NCBI RefSeq assembly: GCF_006345805.1
Contig: NC_043017.1
Coordinates: 22,258,001 to 22,322,000 of the forward strand
From: Octopus sinensis
Taxonomy: Eukaryota
Length of the DNA: 64,000 nucleotides
Direction: 5' to 3'
Under the pieces are notes generated by a model. That model saw only the letters and a list, made by a program, of their open reading frames with translations, made no database searches and had not been told where the DNA came from. Numbering within the stretch: position 1 is the first letter of the stretch; every line of letters starts with the position of its first letter. Made by a program: the position numbers and the translations under genes. Positions 12,930-25,824 of the stretch are shown in pieces.

Positions 12930-13029
12930 TTAATTATAATTATATATATGATTTCACCTCAAACGGTCTATTCTTATATGCTGGTCACTGATAAAATTTT
13001 TTTAATAATTTTATCCTCTATTATATATT

Positions 13030-13500
13030 TTATTTATTTATTTTATTTTATTTAGTTTCAGCTCACAAGCTGTGGCCATGCTGGGGCACCGCCATTTGGT
13101 GTTGCTACATGATTTTACTTCATGAATGCTTTTTAGCAAATGCCATCTGGTGCATGAGAGAGTTCGATGCAGCTGCCCTCATCTGCAACTCCTGCCGTGA
13201 AGTTGGTTCATCTGGGACATCTGACAAGAAGAGATCCAGTTTCATTTTAAAGACATCTGCATCCACCCCATGCAGGTCTCTTAGGTTCTTGGGAGGATAT
13301 TGAAGAGCTGTGGGCCTCGGAAGCCCAGGCTATCACAGTATCTTGTCCTACATCCTTGGCACTATGCAGTGGCGCCCAGTTCTGGCATTTGTGTAACTCT
13401 CGATGCCAAAGTTTGGGACAAGTCCTTCTAGGATCTTCCAGATGTATATTATGGCATATCTTTCTCACCTACGCTCTACTTTTTCACTTTCCCGAGTGTC
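13030..13500 (-). mobile_element. CR1/Zenon-like LINE 3' end
   Basis: Frameshifted translation RTRYCDSLGFRGPQLFNILP...LRDLHGVDADVFKMKLDLFLSDVPDEP...RAAASNSLMHQ; 3' hairpin and (TAAAA)n tail. Confidence 0.85.
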
Positions 13501-13596
13501 AAACACCTGTTTGTTCATACAACTGTCTTTATCTTTTGTTTATCTGTAAATTTCACCTATACACACACACACACACACATATACATGCATATGTGT

Positions 13597-13992
13597 ATGG
13601 CTGTGTGATAAGAAGTTTGCTTCTTAACCACATGGTTCTAGGTTCAGTCCCACTATGTGGCATCTTGGGCAAGTGTCTGCTACTATAGCCTCAGGCTGAC
13701 CAAAGCCTTTTGAGTGAATTTGATTGACAGAAACTAAAAGGTGTGCAAGCATATGCGTGTGTGTATTTGAGTCTCAGCTTGTCCCCACAACCACTTGACT
13801 ATCAGTGTTGATGTATTTACATCCCTCATGACTCAGTGGTTCAGCAAAAGAAACGAATGGAATATGTACTAGGCGTAAAAAGAAATTAAAAAAAAGGACT
13901 GAGAGCGATTCATTAACTAAAATTCATCAAGGCTGTGCCCCAGCATGGCCGCAATACAATGACTAAAACAATGAAAGAGTAATGATAAAAGA
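13597..13992 (+). mobile_element. SINE family A, older diverged copy
   Basis: TGGCTGTGTGATAAGAAGTTTGC...CATCTTGGGCAAGTGTC...CCAGCATGGCCGCA. Confidence 0.8.
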
Positions 13993-14014
13993 TATATACA
14001 TACATACATATTCC

Positions 14015-14039
14015 TCTCTCTCTCTCTCTTTATATATAT

Positions 14040-14090
<51 letters not shown>

Positions 14091-14360
14091 GTGTATATAT
14101 ATATATATATAAATATACAAGTATCTATACAAATGCACACACACACAACATACATGCATACATGCATACATATATACGTAACACATATGCACACAACATG
14201 TGTGTGTTTGTGTGTGTATATAAATATTTGTGTGTGTGAGTGTGTATCTGAACAACCTTCACGACAAACCAAAAAATTACCAGTGACAAATACAAATGCA
14301 TGCATACAAAATATACACATACACATGTACATATAAACACACATACAGACATACATAAAT

Positions 14361-14395
<35 letters not shown>

Positions 14396-14520
14396 TACAT
14401 ACATACATACAGACACACACACACACACATACACACATACATACATACATACATACATACATGCATACATACGTACATACATACATACATACGTACATAA
14501 ACACAAAGATCCCAAAGCAG
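14015..14520. repeat. (TC)/(TA)/(CA)/(TACA) microsatellite field
   Basis: Directly visible. Confidence 0.93.
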
Positions 14521-15247
14521 AAACATCGCACAAACACACGCAACAAACACTCTCACATTATAATAAATCAATTGAACAAACAATGCCATTTGTTTTCCTC
14601 CTTTTTTTTTCTCTCCATTCCCCCCCTCCAACTTTATTCCTTTCTTCCTTCCTCTTCTTCTTCTTCTTTAAGCCATTGTCATATGAAATATAGGTTTTAG
14701 TACAGTCCACTGGCGACAAAGATATGTAGTTAAATGATTCTGAAAATGTATTAACACAGGAGCAGATTCTATGCTTTTAGAAAGGATCTCTCATCAACGA
14801 TATTCGATTGGAATTGTTATTGATTTAAAGTATGTTTTGGTTGTTGACACAAGCAAAACTGCAGGTTCTTTCTTTTTCTTTTTTGTTTATTTTCTGGTGT
14901 TTACACGATTGTTTTATCTGTTCATTTACTTATTTATTTATTTTAACTGAAGGTTTGAAATGGAAAACCCCAAGAGATAAATGAAAAGAAGTTATATGAG
15001 ACTGGTTGGTAGATATAAATATAAAAAAAAGAGAAGAAAACTAGCTTAAAACTAGCACGGAACTGTCCTTGGTCTCAAATTACTTACACAGTTGAAAAGC
15101 GGTTTGTCCATTAATTCATTTTATGTCTGTTTTTCCATGCTAACCTGGGTTGGGAGAATACATACTGAAGCATCATTTAACAGCTGGATGCTCTTCCTGT
15201 CACTAACTTGGCAACCCTCACCTGTTTTCAAATAATTAAATTATTCG

Positions 15248-15470
15248 TTTTTATTCTTTTACTTGTTTCAGTCATTTGATTGCGGCCATGCTGGAGCACC
15301 GCCTTTTAGTTAAACAAATCGCCCCCCCCTCCCAGGACTTATTCTTTGTAAGCCTAATACTTATTCTATCAGTCACTTTTGCTGAGCTGCTAAGTTACAG
15401 GGACATAAACACACCAGCATCAGTTGTCAAGCGATGGTGGTGGTGGTGGGACAAACACAAACACACAAAT
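15248..15470 (-). mobile_element. SINE family A, 3' half
   Basis: TTACTTGTTTCAGTCATTTGATTGCGGCCATGCTGGAGCACCGCC. Confidence 0.85.
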
Positions 15471-16264
15471 ATATTCTTTTATTCTTTTTCTTGTATCAGT
15501 AGTTCTACCCTGAATAAAATAGATCAATAGTAATATTTTCCTTTTATGGCAAAATATGCACCTAAAAATTATGAAGGTTACTCTGATTACTGTGCATAAA
15601 ACACAAAATATTTTATTTTTTGTAGATTGGGTAGGCATAATTTGCCCCTGCATTTCAATCTCAGTATTAAAGCTACACATAGAACTGATGTGGTACACAT
15701 GCTGCGTACATTCCTACAACAATGTTTTCATTATTCGCTATGAAAGCAGAAGTAAATCTGTCTGCGACTCAGTCAACACACCTTTGTTTCGCTTATTTTT
15801 TTGTGTTTTACAACATAGACGTCACCAAATGCCTACCCTGAGTCATTACTGAAGGTACGTGCCAGGTTTTAATCCATTATACCCCCAAATATTCATATTT
15901 GTGGGGTCCACTGTTTCTTGACTTGCTGTTTAATCTTAGTATTAGTCTTCATGTTTGGCATCACTACTACTACTGCTGCAACTATTAGTACAGTAATTAC
16001 CACAATCACTGATTCTACAACTACTACTACTAATACTACTGCCACCACCATTGCTGCCACAAAATTTAGTTGGGCAAACCAGATTAAAAGCAAAAAATTC
16101 TTTGTGGTCACTCAATGTACTAGAAATAACAACCAAATTCTCCTCATATCACACACCACTACCTTAAATACAAAAGAGAAAGACATGTGGGCTTATGTAG
16201 TATAGTACAAGACAAACTATGCCAGAAATAATAATAATAATAGTAAAAAAAATAAGAAGAAGAA

Positions 16265-16266
16265 AA

Positions 16267-16304
<38 letters not shown>

Positions 16305-16336
16305 TAATAATAATAATAATGATGCTGATAATAATG

Positions 16337-16400
<64 letters not shown>
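16265..16400. repeat. (AAT)n microsatellite
   Basis: Directly visible. Confidence 0.97.
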
Positions 16401-16401
<1 letters not shown>

Positions 16402-16810
16402 GCCAGCATGTTTATGGCTGGAATGCTTTTGATCATAGTTCTGCTTCATCAGGGTTGACTTGAGGTTAGTAGTAGTAGCAGCCTTAATTCCTCAAGCAAC
16501 AAGAAAACTATCATATAATATCAATCACAATAATGTGCCATACTTCGTTTAAGAACAGCTTGCTTTCCTCGGGAGGATAAAATGTATTAATAATTAGAAA
16601 GGATAGCAATGGGATACTGGAAATATTGTTAGCAAATGGCTAGGTTTTTGTGAAACATTTCAGAGACTCAGCTTTGATGAGTTCGAATCTGAAAGTTCAA
16701 AGCTTGGCTTAATTATGGAAATGGTGTCTTTGTTTTATTGGTAATGCTCTTGGAGGAATCATCAAGCTCTATGCATATAGCAATAATAATAATAATAATA
16801 ATAATAAGAC

Positions 16811-16905
16811 CATAATATTTCAGCAAAAGAATTTGATAAGCTCAGAAAATATAAAGATTTGCTAATTGATATTGTAAAGATGTGGCATCACAAGACTTAC
16901 AATAC
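16811..16905 (+). mobile_element. Dong/R4-clade LINE REL-endonuclease fragment
   Basis: NISAKEFDKLRKYKDLLIDIVKMWHHKT matches the EK..KY.DL..E+.+MW motif; follows an (AAT)n tract, a typical Dong target. Confidence 0.7.
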
Positions 16906-17140
16906 CTATTTCTTTACTACCCACAAGGGGCTAAACACAGAGAGGACAGACAAGGACAGACAAACGGATTAAGTCGATTATATCGACCCCAGTGCATAAC
17001 TGATACTTATTTAATCGACCCCGAAAGGATGAAAGGTAAAGTCGACCTCAGCGGAATTTGAACTCAGAACGTAACGGCAGACGAAATATGGCTAGGCATT
17101 TCGCCCGGCGTGCTAATGATTTTGCCAGCTCACTGCCTTA
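16906..17140 (-). mobile_element. SINE family B, full length
   Basis: Reverse complement of the 57210-57440 copy. Confidence 0.92.
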
Positions 17141-17148
17141 ATAATAAC

Positions 17149-17189
<41 letters not shown>

Positions 17190-17194
17190 TAACA

Positions 17195-17228
<34 letters not shown>

Positions 17229-17261
17229 GGAGGAGGAGGAGGAGAAGAAGAAGAAGAAGAA

Positions 17262-17409
17262 CCCTTTCTACTATAGGCACGAGACCTGAAATTTTGGTGG
17301 AGGAGTTAAGTTGATTACATCAATCCCAGTACTCAACTGGTATTTAATTTATTGACTCTGAAAGGATGAAAGAGCAAAGTCAACCATGGCAGAATTTGAA
17401 CTTAGAACC

Positions 17410-17410
<1 letters not shown>
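17262..17410 (-). mobile_element. SINE family B variant (CTACTATAGGCAC tail)
   Basis: GAAAGGATGAAAG...GCAGAATTTGAACT; alternative tail also present at 24880 and 25125. Confidence 0.75.
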
Positions 17411-17457
<47 letters not shown>

Positions 17458-17606
17458 TGATTCTATATAAAGATAGTGTATAACCAAGATTATGTACATA
17501 AAATGTCAATGCAGCAGCTGTTTAAAACATTTTCGAATCATGAGCTGGTGAGGTAAACTCTGCGAATACTTAAGGAGAGAACATTCAATAAATTGATCAC
17601 ATGATC

Positions 17607-18062
17607 ACTTGTAAAAGCAAGGTGCCACATAAAATAAAAATGCATTAGTGTGGATTCTGGAGCCACATAAAAAGCATCCACTACACTCTGTGGAACGGTT
17701 GGCATTAGGAAGGGCATCCATCCATTGAAACCAAAGCCAAGACAGACTCTGGTCCCTGGCGTTACCAGTTCCTATCAAGCTGACCAACTCATGCCAGCAC
17801 AGAAAACGTGTGTTAAATATATTTCTTTACTGCCCACAAGGGGCTAAACATAGAAGGGACAAACAAGGACAGACAAAGGGATTAAGTCGATTACATCGAC
17901 CCCAGTTGGAAACTGGTACTTTATTCATCGACCCCGAAAGGATGAAAGGCAAAGTCGACCTCGGCGGAACTTGAACTCAGAACGTAACGACAGGCGAAAT
18001 ACGGCTACGCATTTCGCCCGGCGAGCTAATGTTTCTGTTAAATAATGATGATGATGATGATA
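17607..18062 (+). mobile_element. Family E copy interrupted by a minus-strand SINE B (17820-18035)
   Basis: E body 17620-17818; B insert flanked by TGTTAAATA duplication; (GAT)n tail resumes at 18045. Confidence 0.85.
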
Positions 18063-18944
18063 TATCTATTGCAAGATTTGTAAATTGCTTCATCTTCGAA
18101 AACAATGCTTAGAAATCTGTGATGTACTTATTCACACTCCATCATATGCAGCTGATGTTTTTAGACAGCACCAAGATGCATGACTCGGAACTGAAATAAA
18201 TATTATCATAGCTTCCGAAATTGAATACCTCAAGTATAATCATAAATCAATTTGTATTGAGCAAAAACAGGAAGGTCGAGATTAACAGAACAACATTGTC
18301 AAGTCAAAACCTTAAACAACCACCATTTCCTGGGGTAATTATTTATTTTTTTTTATTTATTTATTCCTCTCCTTTCTTAATTGGTATTAAAAAATATAAA
18401 CTATTTTCGATGGTGCTATAAGATGAATGATGACTAGAGGGACAAAACTGTATTTTTGCTTTATGGTTTATTTTCTTAAAATAATTACAAGGATTAATGT
18501 GAGTAGGAAGAAAAAAAAACATGCATCAAAATTTTTTTGTAAAAAAATGAACATTTAACAAAAGAACGACAAAAATAAATTACTTTCTTTGGCAAGAGAG
18601 AAATATTATATCTTGAAGAAAATTGTCCATTTTTATGGACTTTTTTTATATTTTCATTCTTTTCCCCTGCTTAAAGTTAGATCTACATATTAGTTCTAAT
18701 TACTTGATAGGGTAACGATTATTTATGCCCGAGAAATGACATGAATTGAGCTGTTTAAATAGTGGCTGACTACTTAAGACAGTCGAAGCCATATAACATT
18801 AATATAATATCAATGACTACCAAATGACTTTGTTAATGGCTAAATTAATTCTAATTGTATGCAAAATATTCCTAAACGACGGGGAATGCTTTTAGCTTCT
18901 AAGATGTATGTTTTGGTATGAAGTTGAAGTAAAATGTATTATAC

Positions 18945-19163
18945 CCTTTACTCTTTTTACTCTTTTTACTTGTTTCAGTCATTTGACTGCGACCATGCTG
19001 GAGCACCGCCTTTAGTCGAGCAAATCAACCCCGGGACTTATTCTTTGTAAGCCCAGTACTTATTCTATCGGTCTCTTTTGCCGAACCGCTAAGTGACAGG
19101 GACATAAACACACACCAGCATCGGTTGTCAAGCAATGCTAGGGGGACAAACACAGACACACAA

Positions 19164-19196
<33 letters not shown>

Positions 19197-19341
19197 CATA
19201 TATACGACAGGCTTCTTTCAGTTTCCGTCTACCAAATCCACTCACAAGGCATTGGTCGGCCCGGGGCTATAGCAGAAGACACTTGCCCAAGATGCCACAC
19301 AGTGGGACTGAACCCGGAACCATGTGGTTGGTTAGCAAGCT
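18945..19341 (-). mobile_element. SINE family A
   Basis: Near-identical to 35322-35774. Confidence 0.93.
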
Positions 19342-20127
19342 GAACATTTTGATTTATTAACGGAATGACATTATAACATTTGATATCTGTTACTGAAATG
19401 TTAACTTACATTAGAAGCAGCTGATATTATTGTAGCTGTTGCTGTTCTTTATATCTTTTAATTAAATTTTTATCATCTTTTAACATGCCAAGATCATAAA
19501 TACTGAACGATTTAAAGGCTTATTCACACAGGCGCACTTTGTTTTTCCAATTGATATTTAATGTTTAGTCATTTCTCGGCTGTCATTTGTCTTGACATGT
19601 TTGCTTTGAGTGTTAGGCTGTGAAGAATAAAATGTTTAGGATGTGACAACCAACAAGATAGTTTGTTTGGAAGAGATGAAAAGAAACAGTAAGAAATAAA
19701 GGCCATCGATGACAGGTTGCCTTGTAGAAGGCTGTAGCAAGTGCAAAACGAAGCGTGAGAAGTGAGGCCTTATATTTCAAACAAGGTGAATAATGCTGAA
19801 ATATAAAGAACATGTTTTCGGACAATGGAAAGATAAGGGAAATACTGAAGGGAAGAATAAGCCAAAAGTTGATCACATGAATCAACTGTAATGCCTTATG
19901 TCAGCAAGAAAAGTAGCTTGGGCTCAAATGACAGGGTAAAAATATTTTTTTAGATCTTTTATCCAGTATTGTTTTTCTGAGGAATCAGTTGTAATAGAAA
20001 ATAAAATGTTCTGTTTGGCACCTTGAGCAAGTGTCTTCTGCTTTAGCTTCAGTCTGACCAAAGCATTATGAGAGAATTTGGTTGATGGAAACTAAAAGAA
20101 ACCTATTGTATCTATTTAACTACACCT

Positions 20128-20515
20128 TCATCATCATCATCATCGTTTAGCGTCCGCTTTCCATTGTAGCATGGTTTGGACGGTTCAACTGGGGTCTAGG
20201 AAGCCAGAAGGCTGCACCAGGCCCAGTCTGATCTGGCAATGTTTCTACGGCTGGATGCCCTTCCTAACGCCAACCTCTCCATGAGTGTAGTGGGTGCTTT
20301 TTATGTGCCACAGGCACAGGTGCCAGACGAGGCTGGCTAACGGCCACTATTGGATGGTGCTTTTTATGTGCCACCAGCACGGAGGCCAGGTGAGGCTTGC
20401 TATGACCATGATCAGATGATGCTTTTTACGAGCCACTGGCACGGAGGCCAGTTGGGGCGGCGCTGGTAACGACCACATTTGGATGGTTCGGCACTGGTAT
20501 CACAGCTACTATTTC
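20128..20515 (-). mobile_element. Family E copy with ~58-bp internal tandem units
   Basis: E tail at 20128-20300, then repeated GGTGCTTTTTATGTGCCAC...GGAGGCCAG units. Confidence 0.85.
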
Positions 20516-20754
20516 CATTGATGTTGATCAATTTCGATTTTGATTTTGACCTTGAGTTATATAAAAATTGTCAAAATATTTTGTTTATTGTAAAAGCATA
20601 CAACCAGTTTATTGCATATAAGTTTTAACAACAAAATCTTATATGGAACCCCTCCCCCCACCAGGCTCATATAGACCCGAAGGGCTCATCTGGACCCTGG
20701 TTGAGAGCCACTACTGTAAGAGGAACCAAATTTCCCTCCAATCATATACTACCA

Positions 20755-20930
20755 TAGGAACAGGTGTGGCTGTGTGGTAAGAAGTTTGCTTCCCAATCGC
20801 ATGGTTCCAGGTTCAGTCCCACTGCATGTCACCTTGCACAAGAGTTTTCTACTATAGTCTCGGGCTGACCAAAGCCTCGTGAGTGGATTTGGTAGATGGA
20901 AACTGAAAGAAGCACGTTGTGTATATATAT
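20755..20930 (+). mobile_element. SINE family A, 5' half
   Basis: GGTGTGGCTGTGTGGTAAGAAGTTTGC...GGAAACTGAAAGAAGC. Confidence 0.85.
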
Positions 20931-21020
20931 AAACCATGCTAGCATGGAAAACGGACGTTAAACAATGATGATGATCATCATCATCATATACATATATATA
21001 TATATATTTATTTTATAGAA

Positions 21021-21075
21021 GGAGCTTCTACAGGACTAGAACTGTTTCATTCAAAAGAAATCATCAGGAAGCTCC
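21021..21075 (-). ncRNA. Type I hammerhead ribozyme
   Basis: GGAGCTTC-CTGATGA-TTTCTTTTGAAT-GAAACAG-TTCTAGTC-CTGTA-GAAGCTCC: 8-bp stem I, canonical core, 3-bp stem II, 4-bp stem III, GUA cleavage triplet. Confidence 0.8.
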
Positions 21076-21119
21076 TGATGATTTCTTTTGAATGAAACAG
21101 TTCTAGTCCTGTAGAAGCT
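21070..21119 (+). ncRNA. Type I hammerhead ribozyme (mirror copy)
   Basis: AGCTC-CTGATGA...GAAACAG...CTGTA-GAAGCT; stem I carries a 1-nt bulge; predicted cleavage after 21113. Confidence 0.7.
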
Positions 21120-21201
21120 CCTTCTATAAAATAAATTAATTTACTCTGCTATGTATTGAGTACCTTATTTACTGTGGTTAACCCCGACTCAACCCGGGAC
21201 C

Positions 21202-21238
<37 letters not shown>

Positions 21239-22114
21239 GCACAGTTTGCCACTATCAACCCAGCAACAGACTAGAATTGTGTTCAAATATGAATGAAGAG
21301 GCATGACTTCTTTCTCTTTTAAAATATTTTAAAATATTTTATGCCTTGAATTACAAATTGATGTGGATAAATGAAGGTAAATACATCTTAAAGTTATTCC
21401 TTTTTTTTCTTCTATTTCTTTTATTTGTTTCAGTCATTTGACTGTGGCCATGCTGGAGCACCACCTTTAGTCAACATGGTCACAGTCAAATGACTGAAAC
21501 AAGAAAAAAGAATTAAGGAATAAAAGAATACCATTTCAACAAGGAAGGGATACAATCAATGATATTCTTCTGGATACACATAGCCTGAAAGAAGGATGGG
21601 TTGGTCATGTCTGGAATACCTTTGCTCGTAAGTCTGTTGCATTTTGACCTAGAGGTCAACGACACAAACTAATAATTTCCACAAAGATAGATAAAAGCAC
21701 TGGAAACGAATTTAAGTCCAGCTTTCAAACAGTTGAGTTGACGTATAAATAAAGTTGTTTGATAGAAACTCTGAAATATTAATTAAACTCAGATCAAATT
21801 TTATCACAGACTTGGAGAGTTTTAAGAATGATTTAATCATTAAATGTAACAGCTTCGGTGTGCAAACTTCTGTAATGGTAAATATACACAATTTATGATC
21901 GACGACAAATTTTGTGTTCCAAACCGACATAGATTTCAGGTCAATATTAATGAAACGCTAGAACTGCTAATAAGACAAAAAAAAAAAAAACAAGAAGAAA
22001 AAAGAAGTGTAAAGAAAAATTTTAAATGCAAACATGCTCTATAATTAAATGTGTGTGCATATGTGGATACTTGTGTAAATATATATGTATGTATGAATAT
22101 ATAGACACACACTT

Positions 22115-22208
22115 ATGTGTATATATGTACATATATATGTATATATATATATATATGTACATACATATATATATATTTATGTATATATAATATATATATA
22201 TATATATG

Positions 22209-22260
<52 letters not shown>

Positions 22261-22395
22261 TGTATATATAATATATATATATATATATATGTATAATAAT
22301 ATATATATATATATATGTATATATAATATATATATTATATAATATATATATATATATATGTATATATAATATATATATATATGTATAATAATATA

Positions 22396-22443
<48 letters not shown>

Positions 22444-22500
22444 ATACATGCAAAAATATAGACACATACATATGCATGCATTTATACATACATGCATGTA
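22115..22500. repeat. (TA)n-rich microsatellite
   Basis: Directly visible. Confidence 0.95.
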
Positions 22501-23104
22501 CATTTCATAATATATTTCAAATATTCAATCCCCAAAATGCCTGCTCAGCTAGTTTAAAACCTGATCAAAACTTCACTGCATCTCTAAATTCGATTTCTCT
22601 AGTAGGTTACCAGAAAAAGACTTGCAATCTTGACCCCAGGATAATAGAATTGAAAAATAGATTTTAATATCAAATTGCATCACCATTTCCCACTCATTCA
22701 TCCAGAAAAGAAAACATTTTATTCAATTCCTTCTCTGGCAAAGAAAAAAAACAAAGAAGGAAAAAAAAGAAAATAGAAAATTAAAAATGGCTCGGTCACT
22801 TAATTGAATGTTCCACTTGCTTTGCAAGACCTCTGGATATTCCTTGAAAATTAGATAATTCATTTTTTCCAAGATAAATCAATTTAGATTATTTCCGTTC
22901 CTTCTTTTTTTTTTTTTTGATAGACCAAAATGTGAATATATAAAAAAAAAAAAAGCAACGTGAAAATTCCTAACGATTGCCCCATAACAAAATCATTATA
23001 TTTAAACCAATACTGTCAATGTAAGAATAATTTTTACCCTCCAACTAGCTGTGTGTTTGTATTTCTGGTTGTGCATACAAGCTTTCCTCTTCATCTGAAG
23101 TTGT

Positions 23105-23370
23105 GTGTATACAAACACACAGATACACACACACAGACAGACACACACACAGACACACACACAGACACACAGACACAGACACACACAGACACACGGACAG
23201 ACAAACACACACACACACAGGCACACACACACACACACACACACATACACACAGACACACACAGACAGACAGACACAGACACACAGACACACACAGACAG
23301 ACACACACACACACACACAGATACACACACACATACACACACACATACACACACACACACACAAACACAG
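23105..23370. repeat. (CA)n/(CAGA)n microsatellite
   Basis: Directly visible. Confidence 0.95.
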
Positions 23371-23664
23371 GGTAATTCAAATTGAATGGTACAGAATAAA
23401 TGCAAAAAGAAAACATACCCATTCATTATGAATTACCCTGTCTATATTATATATAAATGAATGTATGTATATTTGTCTATACATGAATACCTATATGTAT
23501 ATATATTTACTCACACACGCATATAAACACATGCATATATGTTTGCATATTTATGTATACATGAATGCTTATACGTACATATATATGTCTATGTTTGTAT
23601 GCACTTGAGCAAACGAATATTAAGTGTGTGTGCATGTCAAACGCACAAAGTGTATGGCCGCTTG

Positions 23665-23826
23665 CATATACATACATACATACATACATACAGGCATACA
23701 TACATGCAGGCATACATACATAATTGCATACATACATATATACATACATACAGGCATATATACATACATACAGGCATACATACATACATACATACAGGCA
23801 TACATACATACATACATACATACATG

Positions 23827-23858
<32 letters not shown>

Positions 23859-24480
23859 CATACATGCATACATACATATATACAGGCATACATACATACT
23901 TACATACATATATACATACATGTACCTACATATATACATGTATACATACATACATACATACATAAATACATGTATACATACATACATACATATATGTATA
24001 CATACATACATACATACATACATACATACATACATACATACATGCAGGCATACATACATAATTGCATACATACATATATACATACATACAGGCATACATA
24101 CATACATACATACATACAGGCATACATACATACATACATACATATATACATACATGCATACATACATACATACATACATATATACATACATGCATACATA
24201 CATATATACAGGCATACATACATACATACATGCATGCATGCATACATACATACTTACATACATATATACATACATGTACCTACATATATACATGTAAACA
24301 TACATACATACATACATACATATATACATGTATACATACATACATACACCTACATATATATATATATACATACATACATATACCTACATATATACAGGCA
24401 TACATACATATACCTACATATATACATGCATACATACATACATATACCTACATATATACAGGCATACATACATACACCTA
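23665..24480. repeat. (TACA)n array with higher-order duplication
   Basis: Marker CATGCAGGCATACATACATAATTGC recurs at ~23703 and ~24041. Confidence 0.92.
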
Positions 24481-24765
24481 TATATTTTTGTGTATGTCTG
24501 GTTTGCCTGTTCATCAAATCCTACCAGCATGTCCCTCCCTCCCCTCCTTAGTGGATCCATTTGTCTATCTATGCATAAATACTTCTGCTTAACCATGTTT
24601 ACAGACTCCATATAATGCCAACACATCTATGAAAAATATCAGCAATAACAAATACAGAAATTAATATGTAGAATCTCCAGAGTAAATCAATATTACATTC
24701 ATGTAATTTTACTCCAGAACATTGAAACAAAGTAAAAGGAAATTATTTATGCAGGAGAGTGTAAT

Positions 24766-24817
<52 letters not shown>

Positions 24818-24879
24818 GTAGTAGTAGTAATAATACTGATGATGATGATAATAATAATAATAATGATGATGATGATAAG

Positions 24880-25092
24880 CTTTTCTGCTCTAGGCACAAG
24901 GCCCGAAATTTTGGGGGTGGGGACCAGCCAATTAGATTGAACCCAGTAGGCAACTGGTACTTAATTTATCGACTCTGAAAGGATGAAAGGCAAAGTTGAC
25001 CTTGGTGGAATATGAACTCAGAAGGTAGAAGACAGACGAAATACCCCTAAGCACTTTGCCCGGCATGCTAACATTTCTGCCAGCTCGCTGCC

Positions 25093-25124
<32 letters not shown>

Positions 25125-25335
25125 CCATTCTACTATAGGCACAAGGCATGAAATTTGGGGGAGGGAGATATCGATTACATCCACCCCAGTGCATAACTGG
25201 TGCTTAATTTATTGACACCAAAAGGATGAAAGACAAGGTTACTTTCAATGGAATTTGAGCTCAGAATGTAAAGATGGACAAAATGCCACAAAGCATGTTA
25301 CCCAAAGTCCTAACAGTTCTGCCAGCTTACCAATG
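24880..25335 (-). mobile_element. Two SINE family B variant copies separated by (AAT)n
   Basis: 24880-25095 and 25125-25335 each carry AAAGGATGAAAG and end in TCTGCCAGCT. Confidence 0.85.
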
Positions 25336-25459
25336 CCATTATCAATGCATATTTGTTATTTAAAACAGATTTCTTATGATACATAAAGCACAACTACTAC
25401 AAGGACTGGAAGAATAGAAGAACAATGTTTGTTTAACTGGTTTCAGTTTTTTTGGATGG

Positions 25460-25685
25460 ATCATCAGCTTTATTTCACATTGCTCCAGTTCACTCAGCTG
25501 TAGAAATGAGTTGTGACATCACAGGTGCCAAGTTGTATCAGCTTTTGCCTTTCCCTTGGATAACATCGGTGGCATTAAAAGGAAAGGCTGTTGGTCTTCC
25601 ACAAACAACCTTGCCCAGACTTCTGCCTCGAAGGGGAACGTTGTAGGTGCAACCCCATAGTCATTCATGACCAAAAGGGGTCCTT
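25460..25685 (+). mobile_element. SINE fragment with TTTATTTCACATTGCTCCAG body and a distinct tail
   Basis: Body shared with 28460-28710 and 30950-31200. Confidence 0.6.
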
Positions 25686-25824
25686 TTTTTTAAAACTGTA
25701 TGTCAAAATTCCATGTAAATTTATGCTGCAAACACAAGGTGAATAATGACAAATTTAACTTACTGAACAGTTCGTTGTTCTCAAAACTCATTTTTTAAAA
25801 ATGCTGTGTATTTCAAGTGAAGTC

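Larger units (their letters stand above)
21006..21136. repeat. Perfect inverted repeat, 64-bp arms, 3-nt spacer (Penelope-like inverted pLTR)
   Basis: 21006-21069 is the exact reverse complement of 21073-21136. Confidence 0.97.

Noticed and set aside
23507-24626. Long ORFs up to 275 aa (YIHT/MYVC-rich) here and at 14030, 22022, 37337, 40215, 46772, 57756 and 59544
   Set aside because: Translations of microsatellites that lack stop codons.
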